Origin: Dehalococcoidia bacterium
GTDB taxonomy: Bacteria > Chloroflexota > Dehalococcoidia > SM23-28-2 > RBG-16-64-32
Direction: 5' to 3'
DNA length: 64,000 nt
Assembly: GCA_963665775.2 (NCBI GenBank)
Contig: CAXXTF010000001.1
Location: 384,001-448,000, forward strand
The position numbers were made by a program, and so were the translations under genes. Below are positions 40,732 to 50,066 of the stretch, piece by piece (the stretch's first letter is position 1; each line of letters begins with the position of its first letter). The notes under the pieces were generated by a model, which saw nothing but the letters and a program-made list of their open reading frames with translations, made no database searches and was not told the origin of the DNA.

Positions 40732-41015
40732 AGCTTACCCTCCCTTGTTGATGTCTCCGAGATCGCCACCCCCGGTCGAGCCCGACAGGGCCTGGGCGGC
40801 GATAATCGGAGGATATTATACTCTATTTGTCAATCTGTCCACAAATTGACCGGTTATCGTGAGAGAGCGTCGGTTAGATAGCCGGAAGTAGGGAGATGAC
40901 GTCCGAGCGCGCATCTGCGTCGTTGATATCGAGGCCATCAAGACCGTACCGAGACAGCTGCTGGAGTCGCTAAGGCATGCGCGAGCCGGCGGTCATGAGT
41001 GGCAGGTGGTGGGTT

Positions 41016-42284
41016 CTAGCCGATCTCTTTGCTGAGGCTAGCCAGGAACTCCGCGTTGTTGCTGGTGCGGCTCAGACGCTCCAACACCCGCTCTGTGATG
41101 TCGCTCGCGTTTGAAGAGTTCTGACTGGCCAGGGCGCTCATGCGGCGCAGGAGCAGGACCCGCTGGAAGGTCTCCTCGTCGTGGAGCAGGTCGTCGCGGC
41201 GGGTGCTGCTCTTCTGGATGTCGATCGCCGGGTAGATGCGTCTATCAGATAGCCGGCGATCGAGCCAGAGCTCCCAGTTGCCGGTGCCCTTGAACTCCTC
41301 AAAGATAACCTCGTCCATGCGGCTGCCGGTGTCCACCAGGCAGGTGGCGATCATGGTGAGGCTGCCGCCCCCCTCTACATTGCGGGCGGCGCCGAACAGG
41401 CGCTTCGAGGGGTGGAGAGCGACAGGGTCGATGCCGCCGGAGAGGGTGCGTCCGGAGGAGGGCAGGGCCAGGTTGTAGGCGCGGGTGAGACGGGTGATAC
41501 CGTCTAGGAGGAGGAGGATGTGACGGCCCCCCTCCACCAGCCGCCTGGCCCGCTCCAGCGCCACCTCAGCGACGCGGGTCTGTTCCTCCACGGGGTCGTC
41601 GAAGGTGGCGGCGATGACTTCCGCGTCCTCCACCGAGCGGCGCCAGTCGGTGACCTCCTCGGGGCGTTCGCCGATGAGGACGATGAGGATGTGGATGTCC
41701 TCGTAGCGCTTGGCGGCGGCGGTGGCGATGTTCTTCAGGAGCACAGTTTTCCCGGCCTTGGGCGGAGAAACGATGAGGCCACGCTGGCCGCGGCCCACGG
41801 GAGCGATGAGATCGATGACACGAGTGGAGAGGTTATTGAGGCCCTCCTCCAGATGGAGCATCTCGTCAGGGAAGATGGGGGTAAGCTGCTCGAAGTAGGG
41901 CCTTCGTTTGGCCGTATCCGGGTCTAGGCCGTTAACTGCATCGACGCGGAGGAGGCCGTAGTACTTCTCGGAGTCCTTGGGCGGACGGACGGTCCCCATC
42001 ACGTAATCGCCGGTGCGGAGGGCGAAGCGCCGGATCTGGGTCTGGGAGACGTAGACATCGCTAAGGCTGGGTTTGAGCCCCTCGCAGCGCAGGAAGCCGT
42101 AGCCATCAGAGGCCATCTCCAAGATGCCGCCGGCAAAGTAGTTGCCTTCGTGCTCGGCCTTGGCCTGCATGATGCGGAAGACCAGATCCTGCTTGCGGAG
42201 GCTGCTCGTACCGCTAAGGCCAAGCTCCTTAGCGACGTTCATAAGGTCATCGCGGGTCTTTGTCTCAAGCTCTGCTAGATTCAA
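41016..42284 (-). CDS. rho: Transcription termination factor Rho
   Basis: [41 protein letters not shown]. Confidence 0.96.
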   Translation of the reverse strand: MNLAELETKTRDDLMNVAKELGLSGTSSLRKQDLVFRIMQAKAEHEGNYFAGGILEMASDGYGFLRCEGLKPSLSDVYVSQTQIRRFALRTGDYVMGTVRPPKDSEKYYGLLRVDAVNGLDPDTAKRRPYFEQLTPIFPDEMLHLEEGLNNLSTRVIDLIAPVGRGQRGLIVSPPKAGKTVLLKNIATAAAKRYEDIHILIVLIGERPEEVTDWRRSVEDAEVIAATFDDPVEEQTRVAEVALERARRLVEGGRHILLLLDGITRLTRAYNLALPSSGRTLSGGIDPVALHPSKRLFGAARNVEGGGSLTMIATCLVDTGSRMDEVIFEEFKGTGNWELWLDRRLSDRRIYPAIDIQKSSTRRDDLLHDEETFQRVLLLRRMSALASQNSSNASDITERVLERLSRTSNNAEFLASLSKEIG

Positions 42285-42375
42285 TGGAACTCCATACGTG
42301 GTGATACGGTATCGTTGTCAGTTTGGGTTGGATCAATCGCACTTTGGGGAGGTTGCGCCGCTTGCGGGCATCAAC

Positions 42376-42404
42376 AACATACACCATCGTCTATAGACGT
42401 GCAA
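42376..42404 (-). promoter_or_regulatory. Sigma70-type promoter of rho
   Basis: TTGCAC-17 nt-TATGTT; palindrome CGTCTATAGACG in the spacer. Confidence 0.5.
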
Positions 42405-42524
42405 GCCCCTGCCGGCGTTGCCAGCTGGCGCCTCTCCCTCCGCACCCACGGCCTCGCGGCCGCACCACTGGCCATCGCTCTGCCCGGTCAATGCCCACAG
42501 CTCTGGTCGGGGCCTGCGGGATGA

Positions 42525-43412
42525 TCAGTCGAATACGACCGTCTTGTTGCCGTAGACGATGATACGGTTGCGGAGGTGCAGGTTCACCGCCCGGGCCAGC
42601 ACCACCTTCTCCAGGTCCCGTCCCTTGCGCACGAGATCGGCCACGGCGTCCCGATGGCTCACCCGCGCTACGTCCTGCTCGATGATGGGACCCTGGTCCA
42701 GCTCGGCCGTCACGTAGTGCGCCGTCGCCCCGATGATCTTGACGCCCCGCTCGTGGGCGTGCTGGTAGGGGTGGGCGCCGGCAAAGGCGGGCAGGAACGA
42801 GTGGTGGATGTTGATGATCCGTTTCGGATACCGGCTCACAAACCCTTCTCCCAGGATCTGCATGTAGCGGGCCAAAACTACCAGGTCGCTCCGCCGCTCC
42901 GCCAGCGTCGCCATGATCCGCTCTTCCTGGGACGCCTTCGTCTCGGCGGTGATGGAGAATTCGGAGTACTCCATGCCGAACCCCTCGGCCACGGGTCGCA
43001 GGTCCGGGTGGTTGCTGACAACCAGGGGGATGTCGGCCCGGAACTCACCCATCCGCCAGCGGGACAGGAGGTCGTACGTGCAGTGCGGTAGCCTGGAGAC
43101 GAAGATGGCGACCCGGGGGACGTGGTCGGAGAAGTGGAGGCTCCAGTCCATATCGAAGCGGTCGGCCACGGGCTGGAACGCCTCGGCGATCCCTTCGCGG
43201 GGGATAGCGAAGCCGGATAGCTCCCACTCCACCCGCTGTAGGAAGACGCTCTCCTCCCAGCCTGGCCTGAGCGAAGTCGAGCGGTCGGTATGCTGGTCGG
43301 CGTGGATGATGTTGCCGTTGTTGCGGTAGATAAAGTCGGAAACGGCCGCTACCAGCCCCTTCTGATCGCGGCAGGAGAGGAGCAGGACGGCGGTAACGAC
43401 TTCGTTGTTCAT
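42525..43412 (-). CDS. purU: Formyltetrahydrofolate deformylase
   Basis: ACT domain, VLARYMQIL, INIHHSFLP, GATAHYVT, GPIIEQD, NKTVVF. Confidence 0.96.
   Translation of the reverse strand: MNNEVVTAVLLLSCRDQKGLVAAVSDFIYRNNGNIIHADQHTDRSTSLRPGWEESVFLQRVEWELSGFAIPREGIAEAFQPVADRFDMDWSLHFSDHVPRVAIFVSRLPHCTYDLLSRWRMGEFRADIPLVVSNHPDLRPVAEGFGMEYSEFSITAETKASQEERIMATLAERRSDLVVLARYMQILGEGFVSRYPKRIINIHHSFLPAFAGAHPYQHAHERGVKIIGATAHYVTAELDQGPIIEQDVARVSHRDAVADLVRKGRDLEKVVLARAVNLHLRNRIIVYGNKTVVFD
43260..43283. repeat. 24-bp REP-like repeat fragment inserted in frame in purU
   Basis: Minus strand CGCTCGACTTCGCTCAGGCCAGGC = RSTSLRPG; shares the TTCGCTCAG core with the intergenic repeats. Confidence 0.65.
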
Positions 43413-43516
43413 CTCGAGTTGGGTGAGGCCATTATAGCAGCGCCGTTAGGGGCCGGTTCCCAAGGCCGGTATGAAATCCCAGCTTGAAGGCCGTGGGATG
43501 GGTGGGACGATACCAC

Positions 43517-43578
43517 ACCCTTCGCTTCGCCGAAGGTGACAGGACAGGCCGGGTCATTCTGAGCGGAGCGAATAATCT
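43517..43578. repeat. REP-like palindromic repeat doublet C
   Basis: ACCCTTCGCTTCGCCGAAGGTGACA and GTCATTCTGAGCGGAGCGAATAATCT. Confidence 0.8.
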
Positions 43579-43644
43579 TAGGAAGGGACCGGCGCGGCGG
43601 ACGCCATTTTCTCTCGTTCCAATTTCGGCTAAACTAGGCTCATC

Positions 43645-45255
43645 ATGGCTGAGTCTATCGATCTGTACGACACTACCCTCCGCGATGGGACCCAGATGGA
43701 AGGGATATCTCTCTCCGTCGAGGACAAGCTGAAGATCGCCCGCAAGCTGGACGAGCTGGGGGTGCACTACATCGAGGGCGGCTGGCCGGGCTCCAATCCC
43801 AAAGACGCCGAATTCTTCGTCCGGGCCAGGGCCCTCGAGTTGAAGAATGCCCGGCTCGCCGCTTTCGGCTCGACGCGACGGGCCGGGGCCAGCGCCGAGA
43901 CGGACCCCAACCTGCGGGCCCTGGTAGACGCCCGCACGCCGGTGGTCACCATCGTGGGGAAGGCGCACGACCGCCACGTGACCAGCATCCTGGAGACGAC
44001 TCTGGAAGAGAACCTGGCGATGATAGGCGACTCCGTCCGCTATCTGAAGGGGCACGGGCTGACGGTCTTCTTCGACGCCGAGCACTTCTTCGACGGCTTC
44101 ACCTCCGACCGCGATTACGCCCTGCGGTGCCTGAGGGCGGCCGCCCAGGCCGGCGCTGACTGCGTCGTCCTCTGCGATACGAATGGCGGCACCCTCACCC
44201 CGCGCGTGGTAGAGGTGGTTCGGACGGCGGTGGTGGAGGCCGGCTGTCCGGTGGGGATCCATGCCCATAACGGGGCCGACGTGGCGGTGGCCAACAGCCT
44301 GGGCGCCGTCGAGGCCGGCGCCACGCAGGTGCAGGCCGCGGCCAACGGATACGGCGATATGTGCGGAAACGCCAACCTGTTCAGCATCATCGCCAATATG
44401 AACCTCAAGGTGGGCCTGGAGGTGATCGGCAGCGAGCGGCTGCGCATGCTCTCTGAAGTATCCCACTACATCAGCGAGGTCGCCAACCTGGCGCCTAACC
44501 CGCGGCAGCCGTATGTGGGCTCCGGCGCCTTCACCCATAAGGCGGGGCTGCACGTGGCGGCGATGGTTAAGGCGGACTGGTCCTATCAGCACGTGGAGCC
44601 GGCCCTGGTGGGGAACGAAACCCGCATCGTAGTCTCCGAGCTGGCGGGCCGGCGCAACATCTTGGCCAAGATGCAGGAGCGAGGGATCGATGTTTCCCTG
44701 AATTCGGACGAGGTGCGCCAGCTCTTGGAGCAAGTAAAGCTTATGGAGAGCCGCGGCTATCAGTATGAGGGGGCGGAGGCCTCCTTCGAGCTGCTGGTGC
44801 GCCGGAGCCGGCCCGGCTACCAATCCCCCTTTGAGCTGGATGATTTCATACTGGTGGAGCGGCGTCACCACACGCCGGGGGAGTCTGGCCGCGAGATGCT
44901 GTCCGAGGCTATGGTGAAGGTCAGGGTCGGGGAAGAGGTGATCCACACCGCAGCCGAGGGCAACGGCCCGGTCAGCGCCCTGGACGCCGCCGTCCGTAAG
45001 GCCCTGTCCCAGTTCTATCCCCTGATCGAGGCTATCAAGCTGGTGGACTACAAGGTACGCATCATCGATTCCGGCGCTGGTACCGGCGCCTCCGTTCGCG
45101 TACTCGTCGAGTCCGCCGACGGCGAGCGCACCTGGACCACGGTGGGCTCTTCCACGGACATCATCGAGGCGTCCTGGCTGGCCCTGGCCGATAGTCTGGA
45201 GTACTGGCTGGTGAAGAGGGGCGGCGAGGAGGGTGCTCGGCAGGGAGATCAGTAA
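43645..45255 (+). CDS. cimA: Citramalate synthase (LeuA/CimA family)
   Basis: YDTTLRDGTQ, EGGWPGSNPKD, FDAEHFFDG, VSELAGR, EGNGPV, LVDYKVR. Confidence 0.9.
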   Translation: MAESIDLYDTTLRDGTQMEGISLSVEDKLKIARKLDELGVHYIEGGWPGSNPKDAEFFVRARALELKNARLAAFGSTRRAGASAETDPNLRALVDARTPVVTIVGKAHDRHVTSILETTLEENLAMIGDSVRYLKGHGLTVFFDAEHFFDGFTSDRDYALRCLRAAAQAGADCVVLCDTNGGTLTPRVVEVVRTAVVEAGCPVGIHAHNGADVAVANSLGAVEAGATQVQAAANGYGDMCGNANLFSIIANMNLKVGLEVIGSERLRMLSEVSHYISEVANLAPNPRQPYVGSGAFTHKAGLHVAAMVKADWSYQHVEPALVGNETRIVVSELAGRRNILAKMQERGIDVSLNSDEVRQLLEQVKLMESRGYQYEGAEASFELLVRRSRPGYQSPFELDDFILVERRHHTPGESGREMLSEAMVKVRVGEEVIHTAAEGNGPVSALDAAVRKALSQFYPLIEAIKLVDYKVRIIDSGAGTGASVRVLVESADGERTWTTVGSSTDIIEASWLALADSLEYWLVKRGGEEGARQGDQ

Positions 45256-45341
45256 ACCGGCTGCCAGGCGGTAGAGACTCGCATTCCGCGTATGATAGGC
45301 TGCCGGGGCTTGGCCGCGGCGAAAATCGAAAAGTCGATAAA

Positions 45342-45388
45342 TAATCCGGATTAGCCACCTTGTCAGGCAGCGGCTACCCTGCTATACT
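45342..45388 (+). promoter_or_regulatory. Promoter with upstream palindrome for the small Cys-rich gene
   Basis: TAATCCGGATTA (45342-45353), then TTGTCA-17-TATACT with extended TG. Confidence 0.55.
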
Positions 45389-45424
45389 GCGCCAACGAAC
45401 AGCGCTAAAGGTGGGAGGGATTCA

Positions 45425-45643
45425 GTGGTAGAGGTGAACGGTTTTCCCAAGTGTCAGAAGTGCGAGACAGGTGACCTTGTGCCTTTGTCGGATTTTGGCA
45501 GCCAGGGGGCAGCCATCCACTTCAAGGCCTGGGCCTGTATCAATCCCTCGTGTGGATTCAACATAAAGATCCGGAACGGCGACCTGTACGTCGATGAGCC
45601 CATCTCCAGCGGCGCCATGCACAACCCCCGCGTCCGCGCCTGA
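45425..45643 (+). CDS. Small putative zinc-ribbon protein (72 aa)
   Basis: CQKC...CINPSC; SD GGAGG; own promoter. Confidence 0.75.
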   Translation: MVEVNGFPKCQKCETGDLVPLSDFGSQGAAIHFKAWACINPSCGFNIKIRNGDLYVDEPISSGAMHNPRVRA

Positions 45644-45795
45644 TCCTCCGCCTGGGTACGCAGAGCCCCGCGTCGTCGTGAGCCTGTCTCAAGGGCCCGA
45701 GTGCTGGGCTCTGGCTCCCGGCTAGCCTTGTCACAGAGGCGCGGCTGGGAGCGTCTGTATTTAACGGCGGCGTGGTTTGACGCGTTAGTACTATT

Positions 45796-48700
45796 GTGGT
45801 TTGCAAGCGGAGGTGGATATTGGGAAGGGCGGGCGCTGGTGTAGCGGCGCTATTGATGCTGGTCGTCGCTGTCTTTCTGCTCTCGCAGAGCGGATCACGA
45901 CCCGCGCACGCGGCCTCCCTATGTGCCGAAACCGGCAGCCCGTTCGGGCCGTTCGATATTCAGTCCTACGAGGCCGAGGACTGGCTCACCACCTACGGCG
46001 CTAGCCTGGAGCTGGCGGGGTTCAATGCCCTCTTCCCTGAACTGCCCGGGTTCGCTGTGCCCCCGTTGGAGGGCGGTCCGCGCGCCGCCGGCTCGGACGA
46101 TCTCGTGGAGCCCTACATCCCGCCAATCATCCTGAAGGGGATCGCCTGGCTGGAGAGCGCCTGGATGCAAGCGGACAGCGAGGTTCCCTGGGGCGAGGTC
46201 GGCCCGGTTCTCGTTTCCCCGGACTGTGGCTACGGCATCATGCAGGTGACAACGGGGATGCAGAACATCTCCGGCGTGCCGAACCTGGAGCAAGCGATGA
46301 TCGGCGGGCACTACGCGTTCAACGTCGCTCGCGGCGCCCGCATCCTGGCCGAGAAGTGGAACCTGGCGCCGGAGGCCCGTCCCCAGGTTGGGGAGCGTGA
46401 TCCTACCGTAGTGGAGGAGTGGTATTTCGCCATCTGGGGATACAACGGCTTCGCTTTCCAGAACCACCCTCTTAACCCAGCCTACGCAGCCTGGCCACGC
46501 CTTCCTTTCAGCTGCGGACCGGAGGAAGACGGCTTTGGGCACGACCGCTCGCTCTATCCGTATCAGGAGATGTTGCTGGGTTGCCTTGAGCGGCCGCCGC
46601 TAGGGGCCGTGGTTGACTTGTCGCCGGACAGCGAGCTGGGGCCGGAAGACCCGATATGGGAGCCGCTGGAGGTGCACCTGCCGGACCTGTCGGAGCCGGA
46701 AGTGGCCGGCCCGCTGCAGCTAGATAACTGGAACTCGTGCGCCCTGGACCTGGATTGCGCCGCCATGGATATCGCCACGCCTAACCCTTTCCACGGCGAT
46801 CCGATAGCTCCAGACGTAGCCCGGGAGGACGTCATCGGCAGCCCCGTCCTTTCCGTCTCTGGTGGCGATCTGTCTCTCGTAGCCGTACCGGGCGATCGGA
46901 GTTCCTCGGTGTTGGTAACCATCTCCAACTCTGGGACGGGCGTACTGGCCTGGCGGTTGGCGCCTTCGGCTTTCTGGCTCAGGCTTTCAGCGGTGCAGGG
47001 AGTCTCCTTGGGATCGGACCTCGGGGGCCACAGTGCGAGCTTCACGGTTTGGGCCGACGCTGGGCTGCTCCCGCCGGGCATTCACATCGCCCAGATCATC
47101 GTGGAGTCGCTATATGCCGGCGGTGCCCCAGGGGTGATCACCGTGACGCTGCAAACCACGGCCGCCGGCCTGATCGAGGCAACCGATGGCACGCTCTTTG
47201 CGCTTCAGGGTGGCTTGAAGCGCATCCTCCCTGACGAAGCTACGTTCGAGGCCTTCGGCTTCTCTCAGGGGGACGTTGTCCCCGTATCCGATGCCTACCT
47301 GGCAACGGTGTCCACCGGTCATCCCCTGCCCAGCGTCCTGGCCGCGGGACGCCTGATCCGGCCGCCGGGGGAGGCAGGGACGGCCTACATCATGGACGGG
47401 GGCGCCAAACGGGAGGTGACCAGCCCGGAGCTGCTCTCTCTCTGCGGCTATGGTGCGGATGCTCTAGCCACCTTGTCTGAGGCCACGGTCAACGCCATCC
47501 CCGATGGGCCGCCGCTCACCGGCCGTCCCTGCCCGCGACTCTCCTTCGCCGACGGCACGCTTTTGCAGGGGGTGGATGGATGGTTGTGGCTGGTGCAGGA
47601 CGGCGCTCGCAGACAGATCATCAGCGACAATGCGTTCCTGGAGTGCGGATTCCGATGGGGAGACGTTAACAACCTGGCAGATAGCCTCATTATCCAGCTA
47701 TCGGTGGGACCCAGCGTGTACGGCTGCTCCGACGACGGGTCTCTCCTTATGACCAGCGATGGCAGCATGTATGTGGTTCGGGCCGGGCTGGCGCGATACA
47801 TCCCGGACTCGGCCACCTTCGAGGCGGCTGGTTTCGATTGGGAGAACGTGTTGCCCGTGGGTTACCTGGGGCTCCCCCTCGGCGAGCCGCTCCTCAGCGT
47901 GCTGGCGACCGGACGGCTCATCCAATCCGAGGCCCAAAGCGCTGTTTACGTTGTGGATCAAGATGTGAAGAGGCGAATTCCCGGCCCGCAGACCCTTGCC
48001 GCCTGCGGGTATAGCTTGGAGGCGGTGACCGTACTCTCCGCGGCGATCGTCGATTCGATCCCTTCCGGCCCATCGGTCGAGGCTCCAGACTGCCCCCTCC
48101 TCACCTTCACCCCCGGCACCCTCCTTCAGGACCCGAGCGAGAACGTGTGGGTGACTATGGGCTCCACCCGAAAGTTACTGAGCAGCCCGGAGGTCCTGGC
48201 CGGTTGTGGATATCTGATCGGGAACGTTAATCCGGTGTCGGAAGCGATCCTGGCTAGTTTGAGCCTGGGGACAGCGGTGACGACCTGCAGCGCTGATGGC
48301 TCCCTTTTATGGAACAGCGATGGGAAGGTGTACGTAGTGCGCGCTGGCTGGAAGCGACTGGTGCCGAACCCGGCCACTTTCGAGGCGCACGGGTTCTCCT
48401 GGAGCGATGTGGTGCCCGTTCCGGATGATTGGCTGCCTACAGGCAGTGTCCTGCTGGATGTGACAGCCACAGGCTGGTTGATCCAGCCGCTGGGCGGCGC
48501 CGCCATATACGTCATGGAGGCAGGGGCCAAGCGGCTTATCAACGGTCCTGCGGCTTTGGCCTCTTGCGGATACGATCCGGATGCTGCTAGCGTTCTCTCG
48601 GCTGCCACGGTGGACGCACTCCCCGCAGGGGCGCAGTTGGACGGGCCTCCCTGCCCCAAGCCATTGTTCTCGGACGGCACCTTACTCATCGGGTCGGACG

Positions 48701-48861
48701 GGCAGATGTGGGTCATCCAGGGAGGGCAGCGGAGGTGGATAGCAACTGTCGCCGTCATCTCTAGCTGCGGTTACGCCTGGGCCAACTTGAATACGGTGGC
48801 GGACAGCATGATCGAGGGTCTGCCTGAGGGGCCCGAGCTGCTGGGGCCACCCTGCCCCTGA
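45796..48861 (+). CDS. Large secreted protein: lysozyme/SLT-like domain + Ig-like (BACON-type) domain + nine ~60-aa repeats
   Basis: Signal peptide; IAWLES, GYGIMQV, YNG; VTISNSGTGVLAW; repeated G.LL....G.VYVV..G.KR.IP...F...G. Confidence 0.8.
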   Translation: MVCKRRWILGRAGAGVAALLMLVVAVFLLSQSGSRPAHAASLCAETGSPFGPFDIQSYEAEDWLTTYGASLELAGFNALFPELPGFAVPPLEGGPRAAGSDDLVEPYIPPIILKGIAWLESAWMQADSEVPWGEVGPVLVSPDCGYGIMQVTTGMQNISGVPNLEQAMIGGHYAFNVARGARILAEKWNLAPEARPQVGERDPTVVEEWYFAIWGYNGFAFQNHPLNPAYAAWPRLPFSCGPEEDGFGHDRSLYPYQEMLLGCLERPPLGAVVDLSPDSELGPEDPIWEPLEVHLPDLSEPEVAGPLQLDNWNSCALDLDCAAMDIATPNPFHGDPIAPDVAREDVIGSPVLSVSGGDLSLVAVPGDRSSSVLVTISNSGTGVLAWRLAPSAFWLRLSAVQGVSLGSDLGGHSASFTVWADAGLLPPGIHIAQIIVESLYAGGAPGVITVTLQTTAAGLIEATDGTLFALQGGLKRILPDEATFEAFGFSQGDVVPVSDAYLATVSTGHPLPSVLAAGRLIRPPGEAGTAYIMDGGAKREVTSPELLSLCGYGADALATLSEATVNAIPDGPPLTGRPCPRLSFADGTLLQGVDGWLWLVQDGARRQIISDNAFLECGFRWGDVNNLADSLIIQLSVGPSVYGCSDDGSLLMTSDGSMYVVRAGLARYIPDSATFEAAGFDWENVLPVGYLGLPLGEPLLSVLATGRLIQSEAQSAVYVVDQDVKRRIPGPQTLAACGYSLEAVTVLSAAIVDSIPSGPSVEAPDCPLLTFTPGTLLQDPSENVWVTMGSTRKLLSSPEVLAGCGYLIGNVNPVSEAILASLSLGTAVTTCSADGSLLWNSDGKVYVVRAGWKRLVPNPATFEAHGFSWSDVVPVPDDWLPTGSVLLDVTATGWLIQPLGGAAIYVMEAGAKRLINGPAALASCGYDPDAASVLSAATVDALPAGAQLDGPPCPKPLFSDGTLLIGSDGQMWVIQGGQRRWIATVAVISSCGYAWANLNTVADSMIEGLPEGPELLGPPCP

Positions 48862-49035
48862 ATGGCGCCTCTGCCCCCGGCCAGCGGCTCGATCCGTGCT
48901 GCTGGAACCTCGGGTCGGGAGCGACGCTCCTGCGCCCTCGCCGAGTGAGCTGAGGTCGGCGCACCGCCGACTCACGTTCCCCATGCTCCTAAGGGGATCG
49001 AGATGGTTGAGTTCGAGGCTTGATAGGAGGGGTTC

Positions 49036-50013
49036 ATGGCCAGAGACCTGAGCGATCTACCGTCGTGGGATCAGCTTCCGGTGAAGGAGGGCGCGCCCAA
49101 GGGCTCGTCCTGGGGGCTCTTCGGCGATGATGACCAGCTGGGATGCATTAACCTGCTGACCCCGGAGCGAGTGCTGGAGGCCGCTCGCCTGGTGCGCAAG
49201 GGCTCTGTCTTCCCCCTGAACCTGCGCATCGATGAGCCCAACCCGCCCCTGTTCGGCCGCCGCGCCCCAGAGCATCACCTGATGGGGCTGGGTGGCGGCG
49301 TGGGTATGGACGACTATCTGGACAGCTTCTTCCCCCAAGCCTCCAGTCAGTGGGACGGACTACGCCACATCCGCCATCCCAAGGACGGTTTCTACAACGG
49401 TGTAAACGATGAGGACGTAAGCCAGGAGGAGGGCTCCAAGCTGGGCATGGAGAACTTCGCCCGGCGCGGTATCGTGGGTAGGGGAGTCCTGCTGGACCTA
49501 GAGCGCTACTTCCGGGAGCAGGGGACACCGCTGGAGGCTCGCAGCTCGACGATGATTCGCAGAGACAGTCTGGACGCCTGCGCGCAGGCCCAGGGGGTGC
49601 AGGTCAAGCCCGGCGATGTGTTGTTGTTGCGCACCGGCTGGCTGCGCTGGTACCTGGAAGAGGCTACGATGGAGCAGCGCCGGGAGATGGCCGGCGAGGT
49701 CGCTGGAGGCGCCCTTCTCTCCCCCGGCATCGGCCCGGCCGATGAGATGGCGGAGTACCTCTGGAACCGGCACGTGGCCGCCGTAGTCGCCGATAACCCG
49801 GCCGTGGAGCCGATACCGCCGGCTCCGGGAGCGGGATTCATGCACTTCCGCCTTATCCCCCACCTGGGCATGCTTATGGGTGAGCTGTGGTATCTGGAGG
49901 AGCTGGCGGCGGACTGCGCCCAGGATGGTGTGTACGAGTTCCTGTTCACGTCCGCCCCGCTGAACGTGCCCGGCGGCGTGGGCTCGCCCTCTAACGCTCT
50001 GGCCGTAAAGTGA
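49036..50013 (+). CDS. Cyclase family (kynurenine formamidase-like) metal hydrolase
   Basis: QWDGLRH, GRGVLLD, GDVLLLRTG, GELW, GGVGSP. Confidence 0.88.
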   Translation: MARDLSDLPSWDQLPVKEGAPKGSSWGLFGDDDQLGCINLLTPERVLEAARLVRKGSVFPLNLRIDEPNPPLFGRRAPEHHLMGLGGGVGMDDYLDSFFPQASSQWDGLRHIRHPKDGFYNGVNDEDVSQEEGSKLGMENFARRGIVGRGVLLDLERYFREQGTPLEARSSTMIRRDSLDACAQAQGVQVKPGDVLLLRTGWLRWYLEEATMEQRREMAGEVAGGALLSPGIGPADEMAEYLWNRHVAAVVADNPAVEPIPPAPGAGFMHFRLIPHLGMLMGELWYLEELAADCAQDGVYEFLFTSAPLNVPGGVGSPSNALAVK

Positions 50014-50066
50014 GCTGTGCGACGATGGCGTATGCCAGGACACCCTTTGAGGTAGAGGAGGGAGCG

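Noticed and set aside
40826-40850. GTCAAT-N10-ATTGAC palindrome with a DnaA-box-like core
   Set aside because: It is a single imperfect box with no origin context. It may be an operator, but this is unsupported.
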